From positions 7,137 to 71,136 of the forward strand of contig JBDRNE010000025.1 of assembly GCA_043811395.1 (NCBI GenBank): a stretch of 64,000 nt of DNA. Direction: 5' to 3'. Positions 1 through 9,284 of this stretch are shown here, piece by piece. Position numbers and translations under genes: made by a program. Below the pieces are notes generated by a model. That model had not been told where the DNA came from. It made no database searches and was given only the letters and a program-made list of their open reading frames with translations. This DNA is from Candidatus Omnitrophota bacterium (lineage in GTDB: Bacteria; Omnitrophota; Gorgyraeia; Tantalellales; Tantalellaceae). How positions within the stretch are numbered: the stretch's first letter is position 1; each line of letters opens with the position of its first letter.

Positions 1-372
1 CCCAAAAAACAGATAAATTTAGACAGCGTGCTTTTTTACCTGAATGTTATACAGCAGAATTTTGATTACGCGAATAATTTAAATTCCCAGCTTGTTGAGA
101 TAAAAACTGAAAAAGAAGAGACCCTGTCAGAGATTAGAGATTTAGAAAGAGTTGTGAACGAAACAGAACAAGAGATAAAACAAAAAAAAGCTTATGAGGA
201 CGAAATCCGCAATATTGAAATTGTCCAGGCGCCAAAAGTCGCGCGGTGTTGTCCTAAGACAAATATTTTTCGAAACTTTATCGGGGCAATATTTTTGAGT
301 ATGATTATTGGCATTTTTGCGGTATTTCTCGCGGAATTTTGGAAAAACATGGATAAAAATGATGGTAAATAA
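1..372 (+). CDS. Wzz-like polysaccharide chain-length determinant, C-terminal fragment (5' end outside window)
   Basis: Frame open from base 1; coiled-coil region, then Pro-containing segment (VQAPKV..PK) and a C-terminal TM helix (IGAIFLSMIIGIFAVFLAEF), typical of Wzz/PCP C-termini. Confidence 0.7.
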   Translation, partial: PKKQINLDSVLFYLNVIQQNFDYANNLNSQLVEIKTEKEETLSEIRDLERVVNETEQEIKQKKAYEDEIRNIEIVQAPKVARCCPKTNIFRNFIGAIFLSMIIGIFAVFLAEFWKNMDKNDGK

Positions 373-1531
373 TGTTATCTTGAAAAAACGATTCTTTTTA
401 AACGCTACAGTTATTGGTGTAATAAGTTTTGTTTTGGTAATCTTGACCGTTAATAGTGCAACTTGGTTTAGGGTGAAAAGGGCTCAGGGGTTTATTGAAC
501 GCGGTCAGACTGATTCAGCGCTTTCAATCTTGAAAAAAGCGTTTCGCAAGGAAACACTTTCTCCAGACAGACGCATTTTTGATTTAAGAAAAATCGCTGT
601 AAAAGATTTTATAGCTGTGGAATTAAATTCATTGTACTTAAAAAGCGCGAATCAAAGTTTAGAGAATGCTACCACGTTTTTTAAATCGCGGCTGAGAGAT
701 GCAAACAATTTTGAAAAGTCAATGGATGAATATTTGAAAATAATTGAACTTAAAAACGATTATGATGTTGCCTTAGGTGAAAACACAATGGCAACAGTGG
801 AATGGGACGTAATTTTAACTAAAACTAAAAACAAAAAGGCTACAGATTGTTTTATCTTTGGGGAAGAGCTTGTTGAATCTCAAAAATGGGATGACGCCAG
901 GATGTTTTACACCAAAGAAATTTTAAAATACCTGAGCCCGGTGGATGTTTTGCAAGCGTTACATAAACTTTATCCTAAAGGCGGACGGAAGAGCGAAAAG
1001 GAACACATTTGGGGAGGAGACATATTTGTAATTTTAGAAGATTTTGAAGAAAAGGACGCTCCTGTTTTAGGACCGTGGGCAAAATCGAGTGAACCCCGAG
1101 TAAACGAACATAGTATTTCAGAGGAAGAAGCCGTGAGCGGTAAAAGTTCAGAGTATTTCAATGTAGAATATGCTGGCGGACGTAATGATTATTGGGCAAA
1201 AACAGTAGATATCCCGTTAAATAATCCCGATTTGTCTTTGGGAATAAGAGTGTTTATAAAAAGTAACGGAAGTTTTAAGGGAGACTTGCGGGTTAATACT
1301 ACTTATCCTCCTAGTGGCAGATGCGGGATTACGTCTTCAACTTACCGGAAAAATTTGGAAAATGGCTGGATAGAATATGGTTTGGAAAACTTATATGAAA
1401 AAGCCCGCGAAAACGGTTTACAGCATAAATGGTCTGTTGATAACATGAAAATAGACAAAGTGCTTATTGACACATCTTGTGCTTTTTGCAAATTTTATGT
1501 TGATGACATTCAGCTGTATATCGTGGAGTAG
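359..1531 (+). CDS. Membrane-anchored hypothetical protein, possible C-terminal carbohydrate-binding (CBM-like) domain
   Basis: N-terminal TM helix; helical middle; C-terminal LEDFE...FYVDDIQLY pattern reminiscent of galactose-binding-like folds; start moved to ATG 359. Confidence 0.55.
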   Translation: MMVNNVILKKRFFLNATVIGVISFVLVILTVNSATWFRVKRAQGFIERGQTDSALSILKKAFRKETLSPDRRIFDLRKIAVKDFIAVELNSLYLKSANQSLENATTFFKSRLRDANNFEKSMDEYLKIIELKNDYDVALGENTMATVEWDVILTKTKNKKATDCFIFGEELVESQKWDDARMFYTKEILKYLSPVDVLQALHKLYPKGGRKSEKEHIWGGDIFVILEDFEEKDAPVLGPWAKSSEPRVNEHSISEEEAVSGKSSEYFNVEYAGGRNDYWAKTVDIPLNNPDLSLGIRVFIKSNGSFKGDLRVNTTYPPSGRCGITSSTYRKNLENGWIEYGLENLYEKARENGLQHKWSVDNMKIDKVLIDTSCAFCKFYVDDIQLYIVE

Positions 1532-1620
1532 TATGAAGAAAAAAGAAGTTATCATGTTTTAGTTTTTTATTTCTCAACTGTGGCTATTCAAAAAACAAAA
1601 AAAGGTAAAGGTTTATTATT

Positions 1621-3429
1621 ATGGAAAACGAATATATTTTAGCGATTCATTGTGGGCATAACGCCTCTTGCGCGCTTATGCGGGATGGTAAGATAATAGT
1701 CGCGGTGCAGGAAGAGCGGTTTACACGTAAAAAAAATCATACCGGTTATCCCAAGTGTTCAATTGATTATTGTATGAGTAAGGTTGGCATTAGGGGGCAG
1801 GATCTTTCACGAATTGCTTATACGTCGACCAATTTAAGCGGCATTCTTGTTAAATCAAAATATTCGCTTAATTTTTCTGTGAGGGATTATCTCGATTATT
1901 ACGGAAAAAGATACTATCTCCCAAAAATGAATATGGAAAATGAAACGTGTTTCGAGTACTTAAAATGGCTACGTGATTCAGAAAAGTTCAATAAAGAGCC
2001 CCATTATTTTGATTACTCTTTTCTAACAGATGAAGTATTGAGGGACTATAATAAAAGTTTTAGTCTTTTTCGCGATGAACAAACTAAAACTTTATCTAAA
2101 CATTTAGGTGTAGAGCGTAATAAAATACGCTTCATTGACCACCATACTTGTCACGCGCATTATGCCTATTATGGGAGTCCTTTTCTCGGAGAGGATAGTA
2201 TCGTTATTACGCTGGACGGATGGGGGGACGGACGGAATCAGACTGTTTGGAAAGCATCAAATGATGGGCTCGAATTGCTGGCTGAGTCTTGTCAAAATGA
2301 TGTTGGACGGGTGTATAAGATGGCAACTTTGATTTTAGGCATGCGTCCGGACGAACATGAGTATAAGGTTATGGGGCTTGCGCCTTACGCGAAAAAATCT
2401 TACTGCCAAGGTCCGTTTGACGTTATCAAAGATATCTCACAGGTTGAGGATATGAAAATTGTATACAAAAATCGTCCGGAAGACTTATTTTCTTATTTGA
2501 AAAAACATTGGGAAGAATATCGTTTTGATAATATTGCCGCTGCCGTCCAATTGTATGTGGAAACCTTGGCAAAAGAGCTTATCGAAGATGTTGTCAAAAA
2601 AACCGGTATTAAAAAAATTGTACTTAGCGGCGGGATCTCGATGAATGTGAAAATGAATATGGCCATCGCGGAATTACCGTGTGTTTCTTCGTTGTTCGTT
2701 TGCGGTTCAGGCGGAGATGAATCTCTCAGTCTTGGCGGATGCTATTATCTGAATCGAAAGAATAAGAACAATCGACCGGTAGAAAGTTTGTGCATAGGGT
2801 ATGATGTTAAGGATGACTTGAGATCTATTGGCGAAGAGTTTGTTTCCGACCGCTATAATGTAAATAAAAACGTTTCAAATGCCGAAGTAGCTAGATTATT
2901 GGCTCGAGGACATATTATAGCCAGGGTTTGCGACTGTGCGGAGTTTGGGGCAAGAGCATTGGGTAATCGCAGTATTTTGGCTGATCCAAGTAAAAATGAT
3001 GTAGTACAAAAAATAAACAGAATGATTAAAAGAAGAGATTTTTGGATGCCTTTTGCTTTGTCAATACTCGAAGAATACACGGATGAGTATATTCTTAATC
3101 CAAAGAAAATAAAAGCTCCGTTCATGGCGCTTGCATTTAGCACTTTTCCGGATTTATACCGGAATATTCATGCGGGGACGCATCCCTACGACAAGACAGT
3201 TAGACCACAATTTGTTTCAAAGAAAACAAGTACTGGCTATTATAATTTGATAGAAGAATTTCGACAATTAACGGGTATTCCAGCCTTGTTGAATACTAGT
3301 TTTAATTTGCATGGTGAGCCTATCGTGAATGATGTGAAAGATTCTTTGCGCGCGTTTGAACTTTCTGGTCTGGATCATTTGCTGATAGAAGATACATTAG
3401 TCTCAAAACGTGACAAAAAGAGCGCATAA
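1621..3429 (+). CDS. O-carbamoyltransferase, NodU/CmcH/TobZ family
   Basis: Motifs HNASCAL..QEERFTRKK, HHTCHA, EYKVMGLAPY, EFGARALGNRSILADP, LNTSFNLHGEPIV. Confidence 0.93.
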   Translation: MENEYILAIHCGHNASCALMRDGKIIVAVQEERFTRKKNHTGYPKCSIDYCMSKVGIRGQDLSRIAYTSTNLSGILVKSKYSLNFSVRDYLDYYGKRYYLPKMNMENETCFEYLKWLRDSEKFNKEPHYFDYSFLTDEVLRDYNKSFSLFRDEQTKTLSKHLGVERNKIRFIDHHTCHAHYAYYGSPFLGEDSIVITLDGWGDGRNQTVWKASNDGLELLAESCQNDVGRVYKMATLILGMRPDEHEYKVMGLAPYAKKSYCQGPFDVIKDISQVEDMKIVYKNRPEDLFSYLKKHWEEYRFDNIAAAVQLYVETLAKELIEDVVKKTGIKKIVLSGGISMNVKMNMAIAELPCVSSLFVCGSGGDESLSLGGCYYLNRKNKNNRPVESLCIGYDVKDDLRSIGEEFVSDRYNVNKNVSNAEVARLLARGHIIARVCDCAEFGARALGNRSILADPSKNDVVQKINRMIKRRDFWMPFALSILEEYTDEYILNPKKIKAPFMALAFSTFPDLYRNIHAGTHPYDKTVRPQFVSKKTSTGYYNLIEEFRQLTGIPALLNTSFNLHGEPIVNDVKDSLRAFELSGLDHLLIEDTLVSKRDKKSA

Positions 3430-3441
3430 ATCACAGAGAGT

Positions 3442-3643
3442 CCTCAGATTGTTTTGAAAATAGGACATGTTCCGGATTTCATGACAATAGATGAGTTAAA
3501 AGACCTGATGGATGGAGGCTACAAGCAGTTTTATTACAGGGCATTCTATTATCTTAAAAAGTTTAATGAACATAAGGTTTTTTGAAGATCTTAGAAAAAA
3601 CATAGTGGGGGCGCTTGGGTTTATGGGGATAGGCAAAGCATGA
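3442..3643 (+). pseudogene. Remnant C-terminus of a B12-binding radical SAM gene
   Basis: Translates as VPDFMTIDELKDLMDGGYKQFYYRAFYYLKK, then after a frameshift MNIRFFEDLRKNIVGALGFMGIGKA*; resembles the C-terminal tail of the intact paralog at 55438-56856. Confidence 0.55.
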
Positions 3644-3876
3644 TGAGATTTTTTTGTAGATTTTAGTTAAGTTTCCCCTCTCCATGTTAAGTCTTAAAAA
3701 GTTATTTTTCATTTCCTCTTTGGTTTTGATGACGTATCGCTAGAACGTTTCATTATATTTTGTACTTTGTGTAGCATAACTGCGTAACAAATTTCTTTTC
3801 AAAAAATGCAATATTACGAGAAATATTCGGGTTAAAAGCTTACAGATTTTATGTGAATTGGTTCCACGAAAGAGTC

Positions 3877-3906
3877 TTGACAGTATGTATATGTGTATTA
3901 TACAAT
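3877..3906 (+). promoter_or_regulatory. sigma70-type promoter upstream of the 4041 operon
   Basis: TTGACA (3877-3882), 18-bp spacer, TACAAT (3901-3906) in the longest intergenic gap. Confidence 0.7.
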
Positions 3907-4040
3907 AACGTCGTTTTGTTCGTTGAGTGTGTGTAAGATATTAAGAGGAAAACATTTAGAAGCCAATAAGCTTATCAGAATCTAATTGATGCTACTGATA
4001 ATTGGCTGAATCCAAAGTTTTTATAACTAGAGGATAGAAA

Positions 4041-5054
4041 TTGAGGACGGAAAATACGGAGAGGAAAGTAATTGTTACCGGTGGAGCTGGGTTTATCGGA
4101 TCACATCTTGTTGATTATCTCGTAGAAAAAGGATGTGAGGTTACTGTAATTGATAATTTTTCAACCGGTAGAAGGTCTAATCTTAAACATATCATTAGTA
4201 ATATCAGATTGGTCGAAGCAGATGTTACGAATTTTGAAGCTATTTTGCCCCATTTCCAAAATAAAGACATAGTTTTTCATTTAGCCGCTTTAGCGGATAT
4301 AGTTCCCTCTATTGTAAATCCTCTTAATTATTACCGGTCTAATGTTAATGGTACTATCAATGTAATGGAAGCTGTACGTTTGTCCAAAGTCAAAAAAGTG
4401 GTCTATTCAGCGTCTTCTTCGTGTTATGGTATTCCCTCCGAAGAACCTCGCCCGACATCTGAAACAGATCCAATAAATCCGCAGTATCCTTACGCGCATA
4501 CTAAATTTTTGGGAGAAGAAATAGTTCTGCATTATGGTAAAATTTATGAAATGCCAGTTGTTTCTTTGCGGTTATTTAATGTTTATGGTCCAAGGTCAAG
4601 AACATCAGGTACTTATGGAGCGGTTTTTGGGGTGTTTTTGGCTCAGAAACTTAAAAATAGTCCGTATACTGTCGTTGGCGACGGTACGCAGACACGTGAT
4701 TTTATTTATGTAAGAGACGTAGCGCATGCTTTCGCGAAAGCCGGGTTTTCGGATGTTAAAAATGAAGTATTTAATGTGGGATCCGGCAATCCTCAGAGTG
4801 TGAATAAACTGGTTTCACTTTTGGGAGGAGATAAGATTCACATACCTAAAAGACCGGGAGAGCCGGAATATACCTGGGCGGACATAAGTAAAATAGCGGA
4901 ACGTCTTTCTTGGCAGGCGGAAGTGTCTTTTGAAGAAGGTGTTGAGAGAATCGTGAAAAAAATTGATTATTGGCAGTCAGCTCCGGTTTGGACACCAGAT
5001 ACGATCGAAAATGAAACAAAAGAGTGGTTTCGGTATTTGACGAAAGGTGTATAG
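4041..5054 (+). CDS. NAD-dependent NDP-sugar epimerase/dehydratase (extended SDR)
   Basis: TGGAGFIG, YxxxK (YAHTK), FNVYGP, GDGTQTRDF; TTG start after AGGA. Confidence 0.9.
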   Translation: MRTENTERKVIVTGGAGFIGSHLVDYLVEKGCEVTVIDNFSTGRRSNLKHIISNIRLVEADVTNFEAILPHFQNKDIVFHLAALADIVPSIVNPLNYYRSNVNGTINVMEAVRLSKVKKVVYSASSSCYGIPSEEPRPTSETDPINPQYPYAHTKFLGEEIVLHYGKIYEMPVVSLRLFNVYGPRSRTSGTYGAVFGVFLAQKLKNSPYTVVGDGTQTRDFIYVRDVAHAFAKAGFSDVKNEVFNVGSGNPQSVNKLVSLLGGDKIHIPKRPGEPEYTWADISKIAERLSWQAEVSFEEGVERIVKKIDYWQSAPVWTPDTIENETKEWFRYLTKGV

Positions 5055-6586
5055 TGAATCAGAAAGCATTAGAAAAAATAAAAACAATAGATGAATTATC
5101 CCTGATTTCGGAGACTCTAAAAAACGAAGGTCGAAAAATTGTTCAGTGTCACGGGGTGTTTGATCTTGTCCATTTAGGGCATATCAGGCATTTTAATTTG
5201 GCAAAAAAAGAAGCAGATGTTCTGATCATAACACTTACCGCTGACAAGCATGTCAAGAGAGGTCCCGGGCGGCCTGTTTTTAATGAACATTTAAGAGCGG
5301 AAACATTGGCGTCACTTGCTGTTAGCGATTATGTGTGTGTTATGGATTTTCCAACAGCTATCGAGGCTATTAAGCGGATTAAACCTGATATCTATGCGAA
5401 AGGGCTTGATTATAAAGAAAAGAGTAAAGATGTTACCGGCAAGATTTATGATGAAGAAGAGGCTGTTCGTGCTGTCGGTGGAGAAGTAGTGTTTACGGAC
5501 GACATTACTTTCAGTTCTTCAAATTTGATAAATAGTTATCTTGATGTGTATCCGCCCAAAACCATTAAATATTTAAAAGCTATAGCAAAAAGGCATAGCA
5601 CGGATTTAATAGTAGAAAGTCTCAATTTATTAAAAGATTTAAAAGTACTGGTTATCGGGGATGCTATTGTTGATCAGTATCACTATTGCACGCCCATGGG
5701 GAAGTCTTCTAAGGAACACCTGGTTGCGAACAGATACGTTTCAAAAGAAATGTTTGCCGGAGGAAGTTTGGCTACGGCAAACAATGTAGCAAGTATTTGT
5801 GATAAAGTGGATCTTTTGACAGTATTAGGAGAAAAGAGTTCTTTTCAGGAGTTTATTGAAAATCGTTTAGTTGAGAACGTCAATCCCGTATTTTTTTATC
5901 GGTCGGATACCGGGACTATCGTTAAAAGAAGGTTTGTCAGCCAAGGGGTTAATCGGAAACTTTTTGAAATTTGTTATATGAAAGATGATGATATTTCATT
6001 GCCGGCAGAAACGAAAATACTAGAACATCTTAAAAAAAATATTGAAAATTATGATTTGGTTGTTGTCTCTGATTTTGGGCATGGGCTTATGACAAAAAGG
6101 ATTATTGATTTTATTTGTGAAAACGCGAAATACCTGGCGCTTAATGTTCAGACAAATAGCGCCAATATCGGGTTTAACCTTGTAACAAAATACCCAAAAG
6201 CGGATTGTGTATGTGTTGATGAAATGGAGCTCAGGTTTGCCACGCATGATAGATTCAGCGATTTGCGTACACACGCGAAGGATATTTACGGGCGTCTTGG
6301 GTGCAGGCATATTATTGCCACTCGTGGCGCTCATGGTTCATTGTGTTATTCAAAAGAAGACGGGTATCATGAAACGCCCGCGTTTTCATACCGGGTTATT
6401 GACGCGATAGGCGCGGGAGACGCGTTTTTCGCGTTTGTAGCGCCGTGCTTTGCTAAAGGGTTTCCTCAGGACTTAGTGTCATTTATCGGCAATAGTGTCG
6501 GGTCATTGGCGGTTCAAATAGTATGTAACAGGGAACCCGTGAAATCAGTGGATTTAATAAAATTTATTACGCGGCTTTTAAAATGA
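5054..6586 (+). CDS. Bifunctional nucleotidyltransferase / PfkB-type sugar kinase (HldE/RfaE-like, inverted domain order)
   Basis: N-terminal HGVFDLVHLGH (HxGH nucleotidyltransferase); C-terminal GDAIVD...SDFGHG...DAIGAGD (PfkB); GTG start overlapping the upstream stop. Confidence 0.88.
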   Translation: MNQKALEKIKTIDELSLISETLKNEGRKIVQCHGVFDLVHLGHIRHFNLAKKEADVLIITLTADKHVKRGPGRPVFNEHLRAETLASLAVSDYVCVMDFPTAIEAIKRIKPDIYAKGLDYKEKSKDVTGKIYDEEEAVRAVGGEVVFTDDITFSSSNLINSYLDVYPPKTIKYLKAIAKRHSTDLIVESLNLLKDLKVLVIGDAIVDQYHYCTPMGKSSKEHLVANRYVSKEMFAGGSLATANNVASICDKVDLLTVLGEKSSFQEFIENRLVENVNPVFFYRSDTGTIVKRRFVSQGVNRKLFEICYMKDDDISLPAETKILEHLKKNIENYDLVVVSDFGHGLMTKRIIDFICENAKYLALNVQTNSANIGFNLVTKYPKADCVCVDEMELRFATHDRFSDLRTHAKDIYGRLGCRHIIATRGAHGSLCYSKEDGYHETPAFSYRVIDAIGAGDAFFAFVAPCFAKGFPQDLVSFIGNSVGSLAVQIVCNREPVKSVDLIKFITRLLK

Positions 6587-7161
6587 AACAAGACATTAAA
6601 CAATATTTTGGAGTTTTAAAATCTCTTTTTGATGAAGTTATCGTTACAGCCGAGGGCGGCGTGGTATGCCAGTTTAATGAAGCTATCAAAATGGCGGTAG
6701 AACTTATTTTGGATCAGGCTGGGCTTGGCGGGAAAGTTTTATTTGTGGGTAATGGCGCGAGCGCCGCGATTTCAAGTCATATGGCAACGGATTTTTGGAA
6801 AAATGCCGGGGTAAAAGCTCTTTCGTTTAATGACAGTTCATTGCTGACGTGTATAAGTAATGATTTTGGATATAAGCATGTCTTTGAAAAACCTGTTGAA
6901 ATGTTTGCCGAAAGTGAAGACGTTTTAGTCGCGATTTCAAGTTCAGGAGAGTCTGAAAACATTTTGAACGCGGTAAGCGCGGCAAAAAAAATAGGGCTTA
7001 AAATTGTGACTTTGTCAGGATTTAAAGATAATAATCCTTTAAGAAAAATGGGAGACATAAATTTTTATATGCCTTCAGTAAGTTACGGGCATGTTGAGAT
7101 AACGCATCTTTCGGTGTGTCATTGTATGTCTGATATCATAAAGGTTGGTAAAAATGGATAA
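6583..7161 (+). CDS. SIS-domain phosphosugar isomerase, GmhA-like
   Basis: GNGASAAISSH, TCISND, AISSSGESENI, LSGF motifs. Confidence 0.88.
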   Translation: MKQDIKQYFGVLKSLFDEVIVTAEGGVVCQFNEAIKMAVELILDQAGLGGKVLFVGNGASAAISSHMATDFWKNAGVKALSFNDSSLLTCISNDFGYKHVFEKPVEMFAESEDVLVAISSSGESENILNAVSAAKKIGLKIVTLSGFKDNNPLRKMGDINFYMPSVSYGHVEITHLSVCHCMSDIIKVGKNG

Positions 7162-8227
7162 GTACAAGATTGACGATCATAAGCTTATGTATCATGTCTC
7201 AAGGGTAAATGATTGGTTGAATGGTAAAATTGTTTATCCGATATACATGGAAATATGTCCTTCAGGCGCGTGCAATCATAGATGCACTTATTGTGCTTAT
7301 GATTTTGCCGGGTATAAGAATAAGTTTTTAGAGACTGAAGTATTAAAAAAGAAATTATCGGAGTTAGGTGCCAGAGGACTAAAAAGCGTTGTGTATGCAG
7401 GTGAGGGCGAACCTTTTTTACATCCTGATATGGCGGATATAATAAGTCATACTGCAAAGTCGGGTATAGATGTCGGCATTGCAACGAATGCGGTGTTTTT
7501 TAATGAAGAAACAGCAGAAAAAACACTTAAAGATATTACTTGGCTCAAAGTCAGTATTTCCGGGGCGACGGAAGACACCTATAGAAAAATACACAGGTCG
7601 AAGCCTGGAGATATTTCCCGTGTTATTAACAATATGAAAACCGCTTCAGAAATAAAGAGAATAAAAGGTTATTCCTGCACTCTTGGTATGCAACTCTTAC
7701 TTTTGCCGGAAAATTGTAACGAAGCCGTAGATTTAGTTAAATTGGCTCGGGATATTGGAATGGATTACGTGGTCATAAAGCCTTACTCACAGCATCCGCA
7801 GAGCAAGACCACGAAATATAATTCTGTGAAGTATAGCGAATATGAACATTTAGGAGACAAAATTGCTCAATTAAATACAAACAAATTTAGTGCTGTTTTC
7901 AGAATACAAACAATGCGTGAATGGGACAGCGGAAATAGTGTACGCGGGTACAATCGATGTCTTTCAACCCCTTTTTGGTCGTATATTGATATGGAAGGCA
8001 ATGTGTGGGGATGCGCAATATATTTGGGTGATGAAAAGTTTTTGTATGGAAATATTTATGAAGAGTCTTTTCAGGAAATTTGGCAAGGGAAAAAACGTAA
8101 AAAATCTCTCGCATGGATGGAAAATGAGTTAGATATTTCCAAGTGCAGAGTTAATTGCCGGATGAATAAGATAAATAAGTATCTGTGGGATTTAAAAAAC
8201 CTGCCGGAACATGTAAATTTTATATAA
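7154..8227 (+). CDS. Radical SAM protein with SPASM/twitch auxiliary domain
   Basis: CNHRCTYC; GEGEP; C-terminal C..IDMEGNVWGC..GNI..CRVNC. Confidence 0.9.
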   Translation: MDKYKIDDHKLMYHVSRVNDWLNGKIVYPIYMEICPSGACNHRCTYCAYDFAGYKNKFLETEVLKKKLSELGARGLKSVVYAGEGEPFLHPDMADIISHTAKSGIDVGIATNAVFFNEETAEKTLKDITWLKVSISGATEDTYRKIHRSKPGDISRVINNMKTASEIKRIKGYSCTLGMQLLLLPENCNEAVDLVKLARDIGMDYVVIKPYSQHPQSKTTKYNSVKYSEYEHLGDKIAQLNTNKFSAVFRIQTMREWDSGNSVRGYNRCLSTPFWSYIDMEGNVWGCAIYLGDEKFLYGNIYEESFQEIWQGKKRKKSLAWMENELDISKCRVNCRMNKINKYLWDLKNLPEHVNFI

Positions 8228-8265
8228 CCCGAATTTCGCGTTAATCGGAATTCGCCTTTTGAAAT

Positions 8266-8351
8266 TGTCATTCCCCTGTTTTCACAGGGGCAGGCTATGC
8301 GAAAGCAGGAATCTAGAAGGATATAGATTCTGGATTAAATTCGGGATGGCA
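8266..8351. repeat. Degenerate REP-like palindromic element with a nested hairpin
   Basis: TGTCATTCC...TGCGAAAGCAGGAATCTAG...TAGATTC...GGGATGGCA; internal perfect stem CCCCTGT-TTTC-ACAGGGG (8273-8290) and GAATCTA/TAGATTC pair (8309-8330). Confidence 0.6.
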
Positions 8352-8376
8352 ACATTTTTGAAGAAGGGACCGGTCT

Positions 8377-8410
8377 TTCCCCCCTTTGAAAAAGGGGGTT
8401 AGGAGATTTT
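8377..8410. repeat. REP-like palindrome, same family as 50093-50212
   Basis: TTCCCCCCTTTGAAAAAGGGGGTTAGGAGATTTT, very similar to 50178-50212. Confidence 0.75.
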
Positions 8411-8450
8411 AATTAATGTCTGATTTTTAAATAAACAACGGTAAAAACAA

Positions 8451-9284
8451 ATGCATGACTTAGAAAAAAAAGCTAAAGAACTAAGACGCGTTATAGTAAA
8501 AACAATTTGTAATGGCGGCGGGGGGCATACTCCCGCTTCTCTTTCAATAGTTGAAATATTAACGGTTCTTTATTACAAAATTTTAAATATTGATCCTAAT
8601 AATTTGAAATCTCTAGAAAGAGACCGGTTTATCTTAAGTAAAGGGCATGCGGGTGTGGCTTTATACGCGATTCTTGCCGAAAAAGGTTTTTTCCCGAAAG
8701 AAGAGCTTAATACCTTTGGTCAAAAAGGAACAATTTTAGGCGGGCATCCCGATATGCATAAAATTCCAGGAGTGGAAGCTTCAACAGGCGCTCTTGGTCA
8801 CGGATTTTCGTTTGGCGCGGGGATAGCTTTAGCGGGTAAACTTGATAAAAAAAATTACAGGGTTTTTGCGCTTTTAGGAGATGGAGAATGCCAGGAAGGT
8901 TCTATCTGGGAAACAGCTTTATTCGCGCCGCAACATGGTCTTGATAATCTAATTGCAATAATTGATTATAACAAATATCAGGCGTTGGATAATTTGGAAA
9001 AAATAGTTTCGTTAGGCGCGTTGGCTGATAAATGGAAAGCATTCGGTTGGGAAGTAAAAGAAGTTGATGGTCATGACATAACTGAGTTAACGAAAGTCTT
9101 AAAAAAAGTTCCTTTTTCTTTTGGTAAACCAAGTGTCGTAATCGCGAATACCATTAAAGGTAAAGGCGTGTCTTTTATGGAAAACGTGCCGATTTGGCAT
9201 TACAGACTGCCGAATGAAAAGGAAATGAAAATATTATGTAAAGAACTTGAAATAACAATGGATGAAAGGGTAGCTTCTGAATGA
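8451..9284 (+). CDS. Transketolase-like protein, N-terminal (ThDP-binding) subunit
   Basis: DRFILSKGH, GHPD, STGALGHG, GDGECQEG, TIKGKG. Confidence 0.93.
   Translation: MHDLEKKAKELRRVIVKTICNGGGGHTPASLSIVEILTVLYYKILNIDPNNLKSLERDRFILSKGHAGVALYAILAEKGFFPKEELNTFGQKGTILGGHPDMHKIPGVEASTGALGHGFSFGAGIALAGKLDKKNYRVFALLGDGECQEGSIWETALFAPQHGLDNLIAIIDYNKYQALDNLEKIVSLGALADKWKAFGWEVKEVDGHDITELTKVLKKVPFSFGKPSVVIANTIKGKGVSFMENVPIWHYRLPNEKEMKILCKELEITMDERVASE

Noticed and set aside
6693-6700. GGCGGTAG ops/JUMPstart-like octamer
   Set aside because: Inside the gmhA-like CDS rather than a leader, and no RfaH/NusG paralog visible
8229-8260. Rho-independent terminator after the radical SAM gene
   Set aside because: Stem is imperfect with a large loop and the T-tract is short; not reported as a feature
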